DNA of 64,000 nucleotides. Origin: Catajapyx aquilonaris. Lineage: Eukaryota. The stretch lies in the NCBI GenBank assembly GCA_000934665.2, contig KZ537955.1:1-64000 (forward strand), written 5' to 3'. The notes below the pieces were generated by a model. That model saw only the letters and a program-made list of their open reading frames with translations, was not told the DNA's origin and ran no database searches. The translations under genes and the position numbers were made by a program. Below are positions 1 to 18,288 of this stretch, piece after piece (the first letter of the stretch is position 1; each line of letters opens with the position of its first letter).

Positions 1-1473
1 TCGGATGGATGAGGGTGCATCCACACTGGAAGACGTTGACGGCAGTGTTGTCGTTGACGATCTCTCTCCTGAGGACGATCCCTGTCCAGGGGAACTCGCC
101 GAACTGCGTCTCGCTCTCCTTGTCTCCTGTGATTCTGAATCCGACGCCGTCCACGTTTCTGAAGCCGCAACCTTCAGCCACTGTCGGCTTTGGTATCACT
201 CCGGATTCGTTCACTTCGTCAGGCTGGAATTAAAAAGATAGGTCTAGTTGCGACACTTTTTTTTTTCCTGGAGAGTCTTACATTGCAGCAGATTTCGATC
301 AGATTGGTGCAGGTCCTGGTGTCGTATCGGATGTCGATCAGGCCCGTGCCATCCTTGTTGACAGTGCCATTGTTGCACTGGTAGAAAGGCACGCAGACGC
401 AGCCGTTCTTGGGTGGGACTGGAGGAGGTGGAGGTGGCTCTTCTGGATTATCCTGAAAATTTGTGTTACTCATAATTCGGTTCTCCGATAATATTCAGCC
501 ACGTACGTATAAGCGTTATTATGACAAAACCATATATTCCTGCATCATTGAGCATTAAAAGGGCATGTAAGTACACAATCAAATATAGGGTATTCGACAG
601 GATATGCACTGATTTCTAGGAGTTGTGATTGTCACTATTGTACAGCATTCCATTAATTATTCGGTGGCCTCAATTGCCTCACAGCTCCTTCAATGAACCA
701 AGACCTACATATTTTCATGGAGTTATAATAATATCTCGATTGTTTATATACCTGGTTCTGGTATAGGAGATATTAATTTTGACATTGCACAAAACCGATT
801 TCTAGAAAGTTGATTCCTTCATCAAGTAAATGGTTAAGTAAAGTAGTACAATATTTCATTGCTGAGAACCCTAACATTTACAATGCTGTAAAAGTACAGC
901 ATCCGTTCGTTGAAAAAAAAAGTGCGCAGGTGTAACCCTATGTCGCTCTTTTCAAAGCGTCCGGGATGCTGTGTAAGATAAGATGATATAAGGTCCTGAC
1001 TATGTGCAATGCGTAACGAATATAACATATTTCCGGAAAGCCGCGGCCTTCTACTTGCATATTGGCAAAAAAAAATTAGCTAAATTTATGTGATATAACT
1101 GAAGGTAGCCACTAGCCTGAAATCCGCAATAAAATCCGCAAAATGTATGAACTTGTCACGCTTCACAAAAACGTCAGATATTTCATTCGACTCACATTTG
1201 ATGTCATTACCTAAAGCTACACATGTTACATGAACCAGTAGATGAGTGACAAGCATGCAATATATTGAATCCAGCACATTCATTGAACCTCCCCCGCGGC
1301 GAACTAGTAATTGCGATAATTACAATCTTATTCTTTGCGTCATCTTCCGATCCAAAGATGGCCTCCAGTTCCTCATCAGTGGGTTGGTAGTCCTCTCCTT
1401 CACCTTGTTGAGGCGCCGTCGACACCAATCCGACACACAGCAACAGAAGGATTCCTACCACCTTGCACTCCAT
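1..1473 (-). CDS. Clip-domain serine protease (homolog), prophenoloxidase-activating factor II / masquerade-like; 5' part only, runs off the window start
   Basis: Exons 1473-1324 (signal peptide MECKVVGILLLLCVGLVSTA), 452-282 (clip domain CVCVPFYQCNNGTVNKDGTGLIDIR..C..IEICC) and 223-1 (GCGFRNVDGVGFRITGDKESETQFGEFPW..VFQCGCTLIHP). All GT-AG, phase 0. The catalytic triad is outside the window, so active protease versus homolog cannot be read. Confidence 0.9.
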
Positions 1474-3212
1474 ATTGGCTAATGATTTGGGCAGCTAATG
1501 AGCGGCCTCTTTTGACCCCCCCTGGTGCACAGATTACGTCTGTCTGACCTGTAACCAAGCAAGCAACTGCAGGTGACCCTGGGAAAATCACTCTGAAGGG
1601 CCTCCTCAGTGGTTATCAGGTAGTGTGGTTTTTTTTTACAAAAGAGCTGACGTATAACCAACCAGGATGGCTTATGCGTGCAAAAATCCCCCAAGAGACG
1701 TCCTTGTAGTAACACACAAGAGTTTCTGGAAGTCCCTCACCATCCCCAATGCTGCGTTAAAAAAAGGCCTTTCACTACTACTCACCTGTGAAGTTCAGTT
1801 GAATTTTTTTATTGCTGATTATATGGGAATCCCCAAGAGAGAAAAGCTCGTTGACATTACGCCTGATTGATCATGTAATCCAAGTCATGGTTTCACTTCG
1901 CAAAACCTGTTTCATTAACTCTGTACCATTCCCCACTTTTTTGAGAAAAAAACTAATAGTCGTTGCCTCAATTTATTGTTTACTTATTTATTTATTTGCA
2001 TACCAGTTGTGGGGAGAGAAAATCCTTCGCAGTGAAGTGTTATTTATTTATGTAAAATATACTGCCTGTGGCTATGTGTTGAGACGATCCTTGACAAAAT
2101 TGTCAGTTGCGCATCATTAGGATTGATTATTCCTCATGCATAATGGAAACTGCCAGTGTGTGTGACACATTATTTGACGTCCATCGATGGCGCAGGACAG
2201 GTCGAGGGCATGGCATGACACCTTTTCGCAGCACGGAATGGGCGTTTGGAAAAATAAATAAAAGTCACATTTTGCTCCATATGACATCGTCACTCCGGAA
2301 TTATATTCCTCTGCGGAATTTCCGAAATCGTGCACCATTGTCACGTCCTCGACACGCAGTCGCCTCAAATGTATATATATATATATATATATAAATATAT
2401 TGTAGAAGACTACATGCAAAAGAATGAGTGTGCTACGATTTGCAATATTCTGCAGGGCTTGAGCAGAAATATTTTTTGGCAGATACTGCATAAAAGTCAA
2501 CAATACGAAATATCTAGACTTCAACATCGATTCAAAAAAAAAAATGGTGTCATCATTATTATTGCCATTTTGTCGGAATGATCACATGGGAGACATGTCG
2601 TGTTATGTCAAAAACATTGCTCGCTGAATCCTTTCATTTCCAGACAGATGTCACCTTTACATAACGAAATATACCACGCAAGATCGTCAACTATACCCTT
2701 TAAAAATATTTATCACAATATGTGTAGTGACCTTCCTAACACACAATGACACTTCCCTTTGAAAGTTAGGTAATCATTTCATCCAAATAAATTATATTGA
2801 ACGCCATAAGCTTTACGCAAGCTTAATTTTTTTCTTTCTTTCTCCAGGCAGGAAATGAACTTCCTGGGGTCACAATTAAACAAGGGGCATGTAAACTTAG
2901 CCTTCATTTACTCTTGTCAATCAACATCCGGGCGATAATGTTTTGTGGTCACCTGTGGGGAAGCCATAGTCGGTTTTGTTACTTCCCTTCGTGGATACTT
3001 CTAGGCTTTTGCAACCACTAGTATTTCCGGGAGGTGTTGGTACATCTAATGAACTCTGTATGAGAATTAAATATGAAGTATTGGCTTACGTATGGTAACT
3101 TAGAAAAAAAATAATTTATGACCATGACAGACAGAGATCAGTTAAAGAGATGTCCTTTTTACACTTCATTTTCCAATTTCTCGCACATACTATTAATTTT
3201 GTATTGTTGCAG

Positions 3213-5476
3213 TATGGAATCATTTTTGATGCTGGATCTTCACATACGGAGATGCTGATATACAAATGGAAAGGTGACAAATGGAGAGGAACTGGGATTG
3301 TAGAGCAAATTGACACCTGCTCCATTGATGGTATATGGCTATCACTTTGATTTTTGCTTCATTTAAATATTTTTTTTCATAAATATTTCAGAAGCAGGAA
3401 TTTCTTCTCTGAGTAATGAACCGGAGAAGGTGCCTTCATACTTGGAACCTTGCATGAAAAAGGCAATTGAGACTGTGCCCAATGACAGGAAACCAGGAAG
3501 TCCCATTTTTCTTTCAGCCACAGCTGGTATGAGACTGATTAAGTAAGTTTGTGGTACCCAGTGTATGTCGCCATGCAATGTCTAAAAATATTGTCTTGAT
3601 CCAGTCTGACAAATCCGGATAAAGCAGAAGACATATTTGAAGCTGTGAGAAAAATATTTAAAGGGACAACTTTTAACTACAGCGAACCACAAGTTGGGAT
3701 AATAACTGGTTCCGTCGAAGGTGTGGCCGGTTGGATTACAGCAAACTATATTGCAGATTCATATGGAAAGGTACATCATTTGCATTTGGTTACCTGAGAA
3801 GTTTCATGCATTTTGTGGAATTAATTTCAGTTGAGGCAGACACTTCGACAGAAGCGGGACATAGAGAAGACCATAGGTGCTTTGGACCTCGGTGGAGCTT
3901 CCACTCAGATCACATTTGAAGTGTTTCCAACTTCGGACACCACTCCGAAGCATATTACTAATGTGAGACTGTATGGAACAGATTACAGTATATTCAGCTA
4001 CAGTTTCCTCTGCTACGGAGTGGGTGAAATACAGAAGCGATACTATGCGCAACTAGTTGATGTTAGTACTTTTACCACTGAGGAGCTCAGTTGCACAATA
4101 GATACACTGCTCTTGATTAACAGATGCAATAAGTTTCGACAAAACATATTGGCTTCGTTCCTGCTTTGCCGACTTGTAGGCAGAGTCAGAATCCATACTG
4201 TTAACACTATGTTGCATGTACAGAATTAGCCATATTTACCTAAAGACAAAAGCAATATTAGTACTGTATTTATTTTGTTACTGAGCTCACTTTCTCCTCT
4301 GTGAAATGCGGTATCAATCAAATCATTTTCCCGCATTTTCCTGCTCAGGATCATGTGCAGTCTGAGTCATCAGGGTCAGATGTAATGAGCCCATGTGAAC
4401 CGAAGGGATCATTCGTGACCATGACTCAAGGCGAAGTCTTCAGTTCTCCATGCACACAAATGAAGAATCCAATTCATGCAAGGAGAATCCGACAGATCCC
4501 AGAGGCAAGTAACAACACAAATTTTTGTAGCTTCCTTGTAGTACTCGCCTTTGCACAATGCAATTATTAAAATTATTAATTTCAGAAAACTACCTATAAC
4601 ATGAGAGGAACAGGAAATATGGGCCAGTGTCAAGACGAAATGACGAGACTCTTCAACGAGACATCATGTCTCGGTGATTTTGTGTACGATGAGTGCTTCA
4701 AGAATGTTGGCATTCCAAAACCAGAGGGAAACTTTTACGTAAGAATCATATGTCGCTGGCAGTGTGCTCGTGATTCCAGGTGTATGTTTTCCAGGCATTT
4801 GGAGCCTTTGCGTACATTCTCTCTGAATTCAATTTGCCATCACCTCACAAACTCTCAGAATTTGTGGAAGCCCTGCAAAGGGCCTGCAACTCGACATTGG
4901 ATGAGCTGAGGGCAGCGCCTGGGAAAAGTAAGTTCTTGCAGCGTTACAACTGAAGTAATTGTCATAAACCACCGAGTCGCAATTTTACAGCCGTAAATTG
5001 ACAGTGTTCATATACAAGACGTATGGAACACTAGTTTTGTGAACGTGCAATGACCACATGAATTTTCCAGGCAAGGATAAATATCTGATGTCACGCTGCT
5101 TCCGAGGACTGTACGTTTACAACCTGTTGGTGAATAAGTATAACTTCACCAGTGACAGATGGGAATCCATCACCTTCACCAACGAGGTTGGAATTCTTAT
5201 TTTCGTTGAAGGCAACATGTGGCTCATTTGCTTTTGTTTTTCCAGATTGACGGAACTTCAGTTGGATGGGCCATGGGCCACATGATCAACCAGACCAACG
5301 CAATTCCAGAGGAAGTCGAGGAATCAAACCTGGGCATAACGGCATACGTGCTGCTTCTGATCCTGTTCATAGTCTTCTTGGGAGTCGCAATGTTCCTGGC
5401 CTACCACGCCATGAAGATGAGGAGGTCACGCCCACAGTATCAAAGGTTGTCCTACGGAACTATAATTCCCATTTGA
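3213..5476 (+). CDS. Ectonucleoside triphosphate diphosphohydrolase (CD39/GDA1 apyrase family); N-terminal exon(s) not resolved
   Basis: Apyrase conserved regions YGIIFDAGSSHT, ATAGMRL, IITGSVEGVAGWITANY, GALDLGGASTQITF and VGWAMGHM, followed by a C-terminal TM helix. Exons 3213-3330, 3392-3542, 3605-3770, 3831-4061, 4349-4504, 4586-4738, 4795-4927, 5071-5186, 5246-5476. Confidence 0.92.
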
Positions 5477-6870
5477 AAACTAATTTGGGAAGGGGGAGCA
5501 TATGCATGCTGGGCACAGTGTACATGGATTAATCAAGTTAAGCGAGCAAATGTATGACTAGTCGACTGTGATATTTATACCTTCCTAAATGCAATAAATT
5601 ATTCACCTTTTTTTCCGCATACGCATTAACCAGTGCACGCTTTTATTTTCCGTCAAAGCATTAGACGTCGCCCCAGAAATTGATTTGATTTTTTGATATT
5701 ACAGGCCACAATCCTGGGAGCGAATTCAGAAAGAAGAAACACCTTAGTAGTATTTTAAGTAAATGCTTAAATATATGGCACTGGGAAGGCAGGGCTTAAT
5801 CAAGGGGATCACACAAAAAATGGAGCTCAGTATGGATAATATATTTTTTTTCCTTCATACCTTTCCAGAAAAGTGGCAAGGAAGTTAGATGTTGAGCTAG
5901 AAAGGTTCATCTGAGAATATTAGGAACGGTCAAAAGTGGTGGGAGTGCCGACATGTCTTATGTGAGTGGACTTGTTTTTTTATAATGTGTTTCTAGGTAC
6001 TCGCAGCTTATGTGACGTTTCATGATGTTGCGTAGATAGTATTACTTCAAATGGATTTTTACATCTCTTCTTTCGTCTGTCATATCGGGACTTGTGGGCT
6101 CCATTTTTTTATTTTTCATTTACAAAAGGAACACAAAGACTCCAAAGTGTTGATAATGAAATCTCGTGCAGGTAAGTTCCAACCGCTAATAACACGATCC
6201 CTATGTAAAAGGTTACCTCCACTTAAGTGACATACGAGCATTATGCTTTTGCTCTACAAATTTTGTTGCAATATTTTTCTATGAATCTCTGTTTCCTAGT
6301 TGAGCACATACATGACATTGCAGAATTGTAATGCTGCGACACACGACTGCACGTAATATCAAGCCCAATGCTCTAACTCTGTACAAATTGGAGGGCTTAC
6401 TGAATAATTAAGTTTTTATACCTACAACTAATTTAGGTAGTGACAAAAATAATCCTTGAAAAATTTGGTTGTGGTAATTATTAGACCTATCTTCACTTGA
6501 AATCAAACACTATCATTATAGCTTATGTTCGTACAGCACAGTATTTTACTCGTCCTTTATCCAAAACTGAAAATTCAATCTGTTGCTTACACAAGTTCGA
6601 TCTGAAACGTACGTACTTCTGCCACAGGTTCATTTGCTTACCACTTAAAAAGACTGGAATTTTCACGCACAAGTTTTAAAAATTCTAGTATGAGCCCTCA
6701 TGTAGCAATGTGCCTCTACTGCGAGATGAATTTTCCTGTATTTTCACCTCTAATAGAACGCAAGATCTCTCTATTTTTATAATTAGTAATAATCAACTAC
6801 CAGTGATAACATAGTCAGAATGTATTTGGTGCATAAAATATAATTAACATGCAAAATGGACATTTTTGTC

Positions 6871-9462
6871 TTATTTCTTCTTCCCAAAGCTTTGCAGCGG
6901 ATCCATCATTTTCCTTTTATACTTGATCTGCCCACGTGTCACCTGCTTCCTGCCATGTTTGTTCCTCTTCTTTTTTGAGTTTCCTTCAGCTGCCATCAGA
7001 GCTCCCAGTTGGTCCACCTCAGCTTCCTCTTTTTGATCTTCCTGACCGCCTCTTTTGCGCTTCCCATGTCGTGACAGGGCACGAAGCGGGGCAGGAATGA
7101 TGTATTCTGGAACGTCTTTGAGATGCGGCTGCAGCTTCACAGTGTGCGAGGCTTTGTCATGTCGGAGGAGACGAAGGTCATGGGGGTTGTCCTCGAAATA
7201 CGTCTAGAATAATGTTGGGCTCAATCAGCTTGCACGTATAAATTTAATTAATTTGAATAAATTACCTTGAGCTTCTGCGACTGGAAAATCTCCTTTTTGA
7301 TCTCCTTAATTCTGGCTTCCCTCACTGCAATCCTAGTTACTGCTCGGTTGGCATCCTTGGCCCTGTACCTGAACCCCTCCAATTCTTCCATGTTGAAGTT
7401 GTATGGTCTGAACACACCGCTGCCGTCACTCCCAACTCCTTGGTTCTTCAGATATGCCTTCACCTTCTTCAGCATGTGCATCTCTTTTGCGTTAACCATG
7501 GAGAGAGCTGACCCCTGATTGTTTCCTCTAGCTGTCCTTCCAACCCTGTGAATGTACGAGTCCACATCTGGTGGGAAGTCAAAGTTCATGACATTCGACA
7601 CAAATTGGAAGTCAATTCCACGTGAAACGCCTGATTCCTTGTCCTTGCGACGCCTGTAAATAAAAATACACCTTTTTATTACATATGTACTGGTAATGCG
7701 CTACATGCATGATCACTAACCTTTTTTTCTTTCCTGCTGAACTCTCAGTACTCTCAGTAATCCCAACTTCGTCAAATGATTTCTCATCTGATGCCACCAT
7801 GATATCATAAATTCCACGGTTGAACTGTGACACAATGTGGCAGCGAGTGTTAACAGGAAGCTCGGAGTTCAGCACGCAGCTTGGGATGCCAAACTGCTCC
7901 AAGTACAGCTTCAACCTGACAAATTATTCACTAATTTAAATTCATATTTAACGACTTTTCAATTTTACCGTACTTGACAGCATAATATAATACACAGCAG
8001 ATCATACTCAGGAAAAAAAGTTTGTATTGTATTGTCGCATATATGATGCACGTGAGCCATTTTTGGTGGGGGAAAAGGCGTATATGCCGTCAAATACAGT
8101 GAATGGGATAGCTCACCTGTAGCACCTGTCAACAGTATTGACAAATACGATGGTCTTCCCTAGTATGAGCTTAAGCTTGAAGAGTGCGTAAATAAGCACA
8201 AACTTGTCGTCCTCCCCCAGCTTGATCACATACTGGGCCAACTGCGAATTGGTGGGAAGCTGCGGCTCCTCAAGCTTCAGTACCACTGGATTATGCAACA
8301 GCAGCTGCTTCAAGGTCTTCACATCGTCATTTAGTGTGGCACTGGTCAGAATAGCCTGGTATATCTTGGGCAAATACGCCAACACGGATCTCAGGTCCTC
8401 CTCGAATCCAAACGAGAATAAAAGGTCAGCCTCGTCCACCACCAGCATTTCCAGTGTGTCCTTCAGGCGCAAGTGGCCATCCTGTAAGTGTGCTAGAACC
8501 CGTGACGGTGTCGCTATAACGACATCAGGCAGGTCGCCCAATAGCGGCCGCATCGATGAGGATTCCCCGCCGGATATGTCGACACACCGTATCTCCCTAC
8601 ACAACGAAGCCATCGCAATCATATGCGAGTGAATCTGATGGCACAGCTCTTTGCTCGGAGCAAGTATGAGGCAGCGTGTGGCCTGCGTCCGCACCTGCCG
8701 CTTCAGCAACACCAGTCGCTGGATAGCCGGTATCGCAAACGCAGCCGTCTTCCCCGATCCAGTCCTCGCCCTGGCCAAGATATCCTTTCCTTCCAGGGCC
8801 AACGGAATAGCCTTCTCCTGGATCAGCGTCGGGTGAGTCCATCCCAAATTTCCAACAGCCTGTGAATAGTTCAGTTCGGTTTAGCTAACCTAAGTTAACC
8901 TATGCTAACCCAAGTTAACCAACACTAACTGAAGTTAACCTACACTAACCGAAGTTAACCTATGCTAACCCAAATTAACCTACGCTAACCCAAGTTAACC
9001 TACACTAACCGAAGTTAACCTACACTAACCCAAGTTAACCTACCCTAACCCAGGTTAACGTACGCTAACCCAAGTTAACCTACACTAACCCAAGTAAACT
9101 TACGCTAACCCAGGTTAACGTATGCTAACCCAAGTTAACTTACGCTAACCCAGGTGAACGTATGCTAACCCAAGTTAACTTACGCTAACCCAGGTGAACG
9201 TATGCTAACCCAAGTTAACTTACGCTAACCCAGGTGAACGTATGCTAACCCAAGTCAACCTACGCTAACATGACATAAGATGACCTAACCTAACCTACAG
9301 TTACGAAAGCCGTGGTTTGTCCTCTGTGTGTACCTCGAGTATCCGGTCGTCCAGGCCCATCTCGTGGAACTGAACCGTCTTTTCCTCCTCATCTTCCAAA
9401 GCTTCTGGTTTCACTTCTTCTACTTCGAACGACGACGTTGAAGCCATGCTGTTGGACGCCAT
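6871..9462 (-). CDS. DDX56: DEAD-box ATP-dependent RNA helicase DDX56/Dbp9 (60S biogenesis)
   Basis: Q motif [95 protein letters not shown]. Exons 9462-9334, 8859-8117, 7915-7721, 7653-7266, 7203-6871, with consistent phases. Confidence 0.95.
7966..8100. mobile_element. Small MITE-like insertion in DDX56 intron 2
   Basis: Imperfect terminal inverted repeats: taccgtacttgacagcata ... tatgccgtcaaatacagt. Confidence 0.5.
8885..9297. repeat. 20-bp minisatellite (consensus ~ctaacccaagttaacctacg), about 19 copies, in DDX56 intron 1
   Basis: Direct 20-nt periodicity is visible in the sequence. Confidence 0.95.
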
Positions 9463-9939
9463 TTTAAAAAATCTTGGCATCCTTGCGTTTCCTACGCTAT
9501 TTTTGGCATGGAATCAGAATCAGGATGGATGGACCAATAGGAGCGGGTGGAATTGGTCGTGTGTAAATACAACGCGCATGTGTATTGGCGGATATGGCAA
9601 AATCAGGGTGTAAATTGCAACAGCCTGGAGCAACAACAGGGTTGGAAACAGGGCATGTTGCGAAACACTAATTACTGCTCATAATGACCTTTAATTACGT
9701 TTAAAACTACTGTAAAAATTAGAGTAGCAGTATAATAGCAGATTATAATAAAATGTGTGGTTTTCGTCCTGTTGTGAGGTATATTTGAAGGGAGTGGCCC
9801 GTTTCCAACTCTACCCACCCCCGAGTGGGGAAGGAAAAAGAAGAAAAGAAAAAATCGGGATAGGATTTTCCCAGCCTTGTCTTTTTTGGTTTGGAGACAA
9901 GGAAGTGGGGGGCTTGAGTTGGATTGTGAGCCTACGACA
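9463..9939. promoter_or_regulatory. Putative bidirectional promoter between DDX56 and DHX15
   Basis: 477 bp between divergent ATGs. CCAAT/ATTGG at 9534, 9552 and 9584; NRF1-like gcgcatgtg at 9574; YY1-like AAAATGGCG overlapping the DDX56 start codon. Confidence 0.7.
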
Positions 9940-14813
<4,874 letters not shown>

Positions 14814-15635
14814 TCTGACGGAACTATGCAGAGAAAATAAACTTTTGTTGTTGTCACTTCAACAATTATTTGCCAAAAAATCGCTGTTGGCAGAGGTGCA
14901 TTTTTTTGTGTGGGGGTTTCCTGTCTGTCATCAGTTTCGTTGGCAATCAAGTGTAGTGTCTTCATTATTTCTTAGACGAGGGAAAACTGGGTGTTTGTTT
15001 TTTTTGATGGGCACTAATTACTGTGAATAATGACGTCTGGAGCAATCGCTCCAATTTTATGTTTTATTGCGTTGTACTGGAGCTTCGTGAAGCTTCAATA
15101 AACATGATTTTGTAGGGCCCACCGAATATGATGTGATGCGTACGTTTCCAATGCGCCTTTGATATCAAATAGATCTTTATGGACACAAGTGTCAGTGTGG
15201 TTTAGTCGATTCTCTTCAGTAGATGGCTTCATTTGCTGACCCATTTTTATGTTGGATGTATCGGATGTATCATCAAAATTGATTGGTAACGAGAAAATAT
15301 ATGCTAATGGCTGCCCCCCCATTCATTCTTTTGGAAAAGGGAAGTGTGTCTCATTTCCGACCTGAACTTTGAACCGATCTGTTTATCTGAAAAAAACATG
15401 TTTAAATGTTTACCTGCTCCACATGCAATTGGTCAATTATTGGTATCTGCGATCTTATCCTTCAGGAGCCGGGGTCCTCTCGTTGCGAGGTTAAGATTTG
15501 CTTCTGCGCTACTTGAGTGATTAGCCGTGGTGTAAACGACCTAGGCTACATAACGGTTGTTCTCCCGATCTTAGATTGTACTCGGGGTTTTAACATGTGT
15601 ACGTGAGTTTATTGCAGCGTTGAACGTACGCGGAT

Positions 15636-17974
15636 ATGTCTGAGCCGGCAAAGTCGCACATACAGGTTGCGGACTATGTCATATTTGTTGGCACCTTGGT
15701 TGTCTTTATGGCGATCGGATTGTTCTTTGCCGTGTTCAAGAAGGTGTCCAATCGAGCGTTGCTTTCAGGGGAGCAGAATATGAACTTGCTTCCCGTAGTG
15801 TTCTCAATTGTCGGAGGAACCATGTCTGGTCTGTCCGTCTTGGGTGAGTTCTTCCCCGTTACTGGTACGGATTGGTTGGTAATTAATAGGCAATTAATTT
15901 ACAGGATTCCCTGCCGAGATTTACGCGTACGGGACGCAATTCAGCGAGTTCGTCATATCGCAACTGGTTTTCATTCCGCTTTTTACGTTCCTCTTCATAC
16001 CGACCTTCTACAAATGGCAGTTACCCAACTTATTCAAGGTGCCTTACGATTGGTGTCAAATTTTTTTTGGGTTTTAATGAAGGTGTTGATTGCAGTACTT
16101 TGACCATCGCTTCAAATGCAAATCCGTCCGCCTTTGCGTACTTGGATTCTTCATCGCAGACGGTTTCCTGTACTTGGGGGCCGTACTCTTCGCGCCAAGC
16201 TTGGCCATCAGCGCGGTTACGGACTTCCCGATGTGGGCTGCCGTCCTTTGCATGGGCGGAAGTGTCTCCGTCTACACCGCTATAGTAAGTGTTATTAATC
16301 GCAGCGCTTGTTTAATATTTCATGCCGCTTTTTCCACAGGGTGGATTTCAAGCTGTCGTTTGGATCGAGTTTCTCCAGACCCTTATCCTGATGGCAGGAA
16401 TGCTGGCCATTTTTATCCAGGGAATTCTGACTGTTGGAGGATTGGAAAACGCGTTTAGAATCGCTGGCGAACATAACCACCTGAATTTCATGAAGTAAGA
16501 TGACGCTGCCGTTTTTATTTACAAATTGTAATGCATTGTACTTTTCCAGCTTCAATCCGGATCCGTTTGTCCGCCAGAGCAGCCTGACCGTATTTTTCGG
16601 GCAGGGTATCCTCTGGGGCGGGATATTCGCAATGGGTCCGTCTCACGTCCTGCGCTTCTGCAGCATGAAATCCATTCGGTCCGTGAGACGCGGAATAGTG
16701 TTCAGCACACTGATGCTGGCCTCCATGATGGCTCTGGTGTGCCTCTGCGGACTGGTCATCTTCGCGACGTACGCAGGCTGCGATCCTCTGGCCGAAGGAA
16801 AGATCTCGAGGCCCGACCAGGTGGTGCCTTACTTCGTGGTGGACAAACTCGGAGCCGTGCCTGGACTTCTGGGACTATTTATGGCCGCCCTTTTCAGCGG
16901 AGTGCTCAGCTCAGTGTCGGCGAACCTAAACGCTTTAGTCGGTATCGTCTGGGAAGATCTGGTCAAGCCACGTGAAGCTATTCAGAAGATGGGTGAGCGA
17001 CAACAAGCAAGGCTTATCAAACTGCTGGGTATGTTGATTACAAATCAATTTTTTTCTATATATAATTAGTGATGTTCTTTCAGTGTTTGTTGGCGGGCTG
17101 ATTCCGTTGGGGATATCGTTTTTCCTGGGCGAACTCGGTGCCATTTTGACTGTGGCGCTGACCTTCAATGGGGTCATCCGTGGCGGTATGTACGGCCTGT
17201 TTGTCGTAGGATTCTTCGCGCCCGTCGTCGAAAAGAAGGGTGCGCTAGTTGCCTTTTTGGTCAGCGAGATCCTGATGGGATGGCTCGGAATGGGATCGCT
17301 GGTCTACAAGTCGGCTAGTCCGCCGCTGACAGGCGTCACAACCAGTTGCGAACACCCTGTGGAATTGGCCGCAGACTCGAAATGGTTCGGAAGAAACGAT
17401 ACGACAGATGCGGAGTGGCCTGAAAAAATCTATTCGGTGTCTTTCACCTTGTATCCGATGATTGGTCTTCTGTTGGTTGCTCTGACGTCTCTTCCTGTCA
17501 GCTGGTTTGTCGGTGAGTCGACTTTTGTTAAGGGAGGGTGAGTGGCCCAATAATGGGTTTCAAATGGGATATGACGCCATGTGGACATCCACCGGTTTTG
17601 GGTGGTTCGACAAGTAGGAATGGGGAGCAGCGTAATGTGCTTACAACTATTACAGGGCCATTCATTCAAATGCTCGGACCAATGCTCCGGCATGAAGAGA
17701 CTAACTGCCCAATATTTGAGTCGTAATGATTACACAAAATGATGTGCGAATAATCCCAACGTGTACGTAGGAAGCTGACGTTATTACATTTTCAGGAAGA
17801 CGATACGCCCCCGACGAACTTGAAAACGTGGTACATCCAGTCGTACTCCGGTGGTACAGAAGGCGTCAATTAAAACCGATCGCAGCAGAAGAAAGCAAAG
17901 ATCTGATGGAGCTGGAACGTGCCAAAGTGTCACAACATCCAATCGACTCTAAAGTTGTGGGCTTGTCCCAATAA
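15636..17974 (+). CDS. SLC5 sodium:solute symporter (SMCT/SMVT-like), tandem copy 1
   Basis: DYVIFVGTL, SGLSVLGFPAEIYAYG, YTAIGGFQAVVWIE, FNPDPFVRQ, YAGCDPL, DQVVPYFV, GLFMAALFSGVLSSVS. Exons 15636-15843, 15905-16038, 16096-16284, 16340-16494, 16550-17028, 17084-17512, 17796-17974. Confidence 0.93.
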
Positions 17975-18288
17975 ATTCGTGTCAGGGTCAAGCCTTCAAA
18001 AAAGGTTTAACCCAATTACAATAAAGAAGTGGGGGATCCTTTTGTAATGTGGTCAATGGTCAATAAGATAGGTGTTGCATAAGTTAATAATACACGCGGA
18101 TGACGGATGGCGTGTAACAAAAGCATCCTGTTGCACGCGTATGGTGGCACAGGAAACGACAAATCAGACGTCGCATCTGGTTCGGAGCAGACGTATTCAA
18201 TGAAAGTACTGCCCCCCCTTAATAATTGTTCGTATTGCGTAGGTGTTGTTGCGATACGTCGCAAGGTGTCGGTGGTTTAGTCGCAGCC

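Noticed and set aside
8885..9297. CRISPR-like or telomeric array
   Set aside because: No unique spacers, eukaryotic intronic context, and the unit is 20 bp rather than (TTAGG)n.
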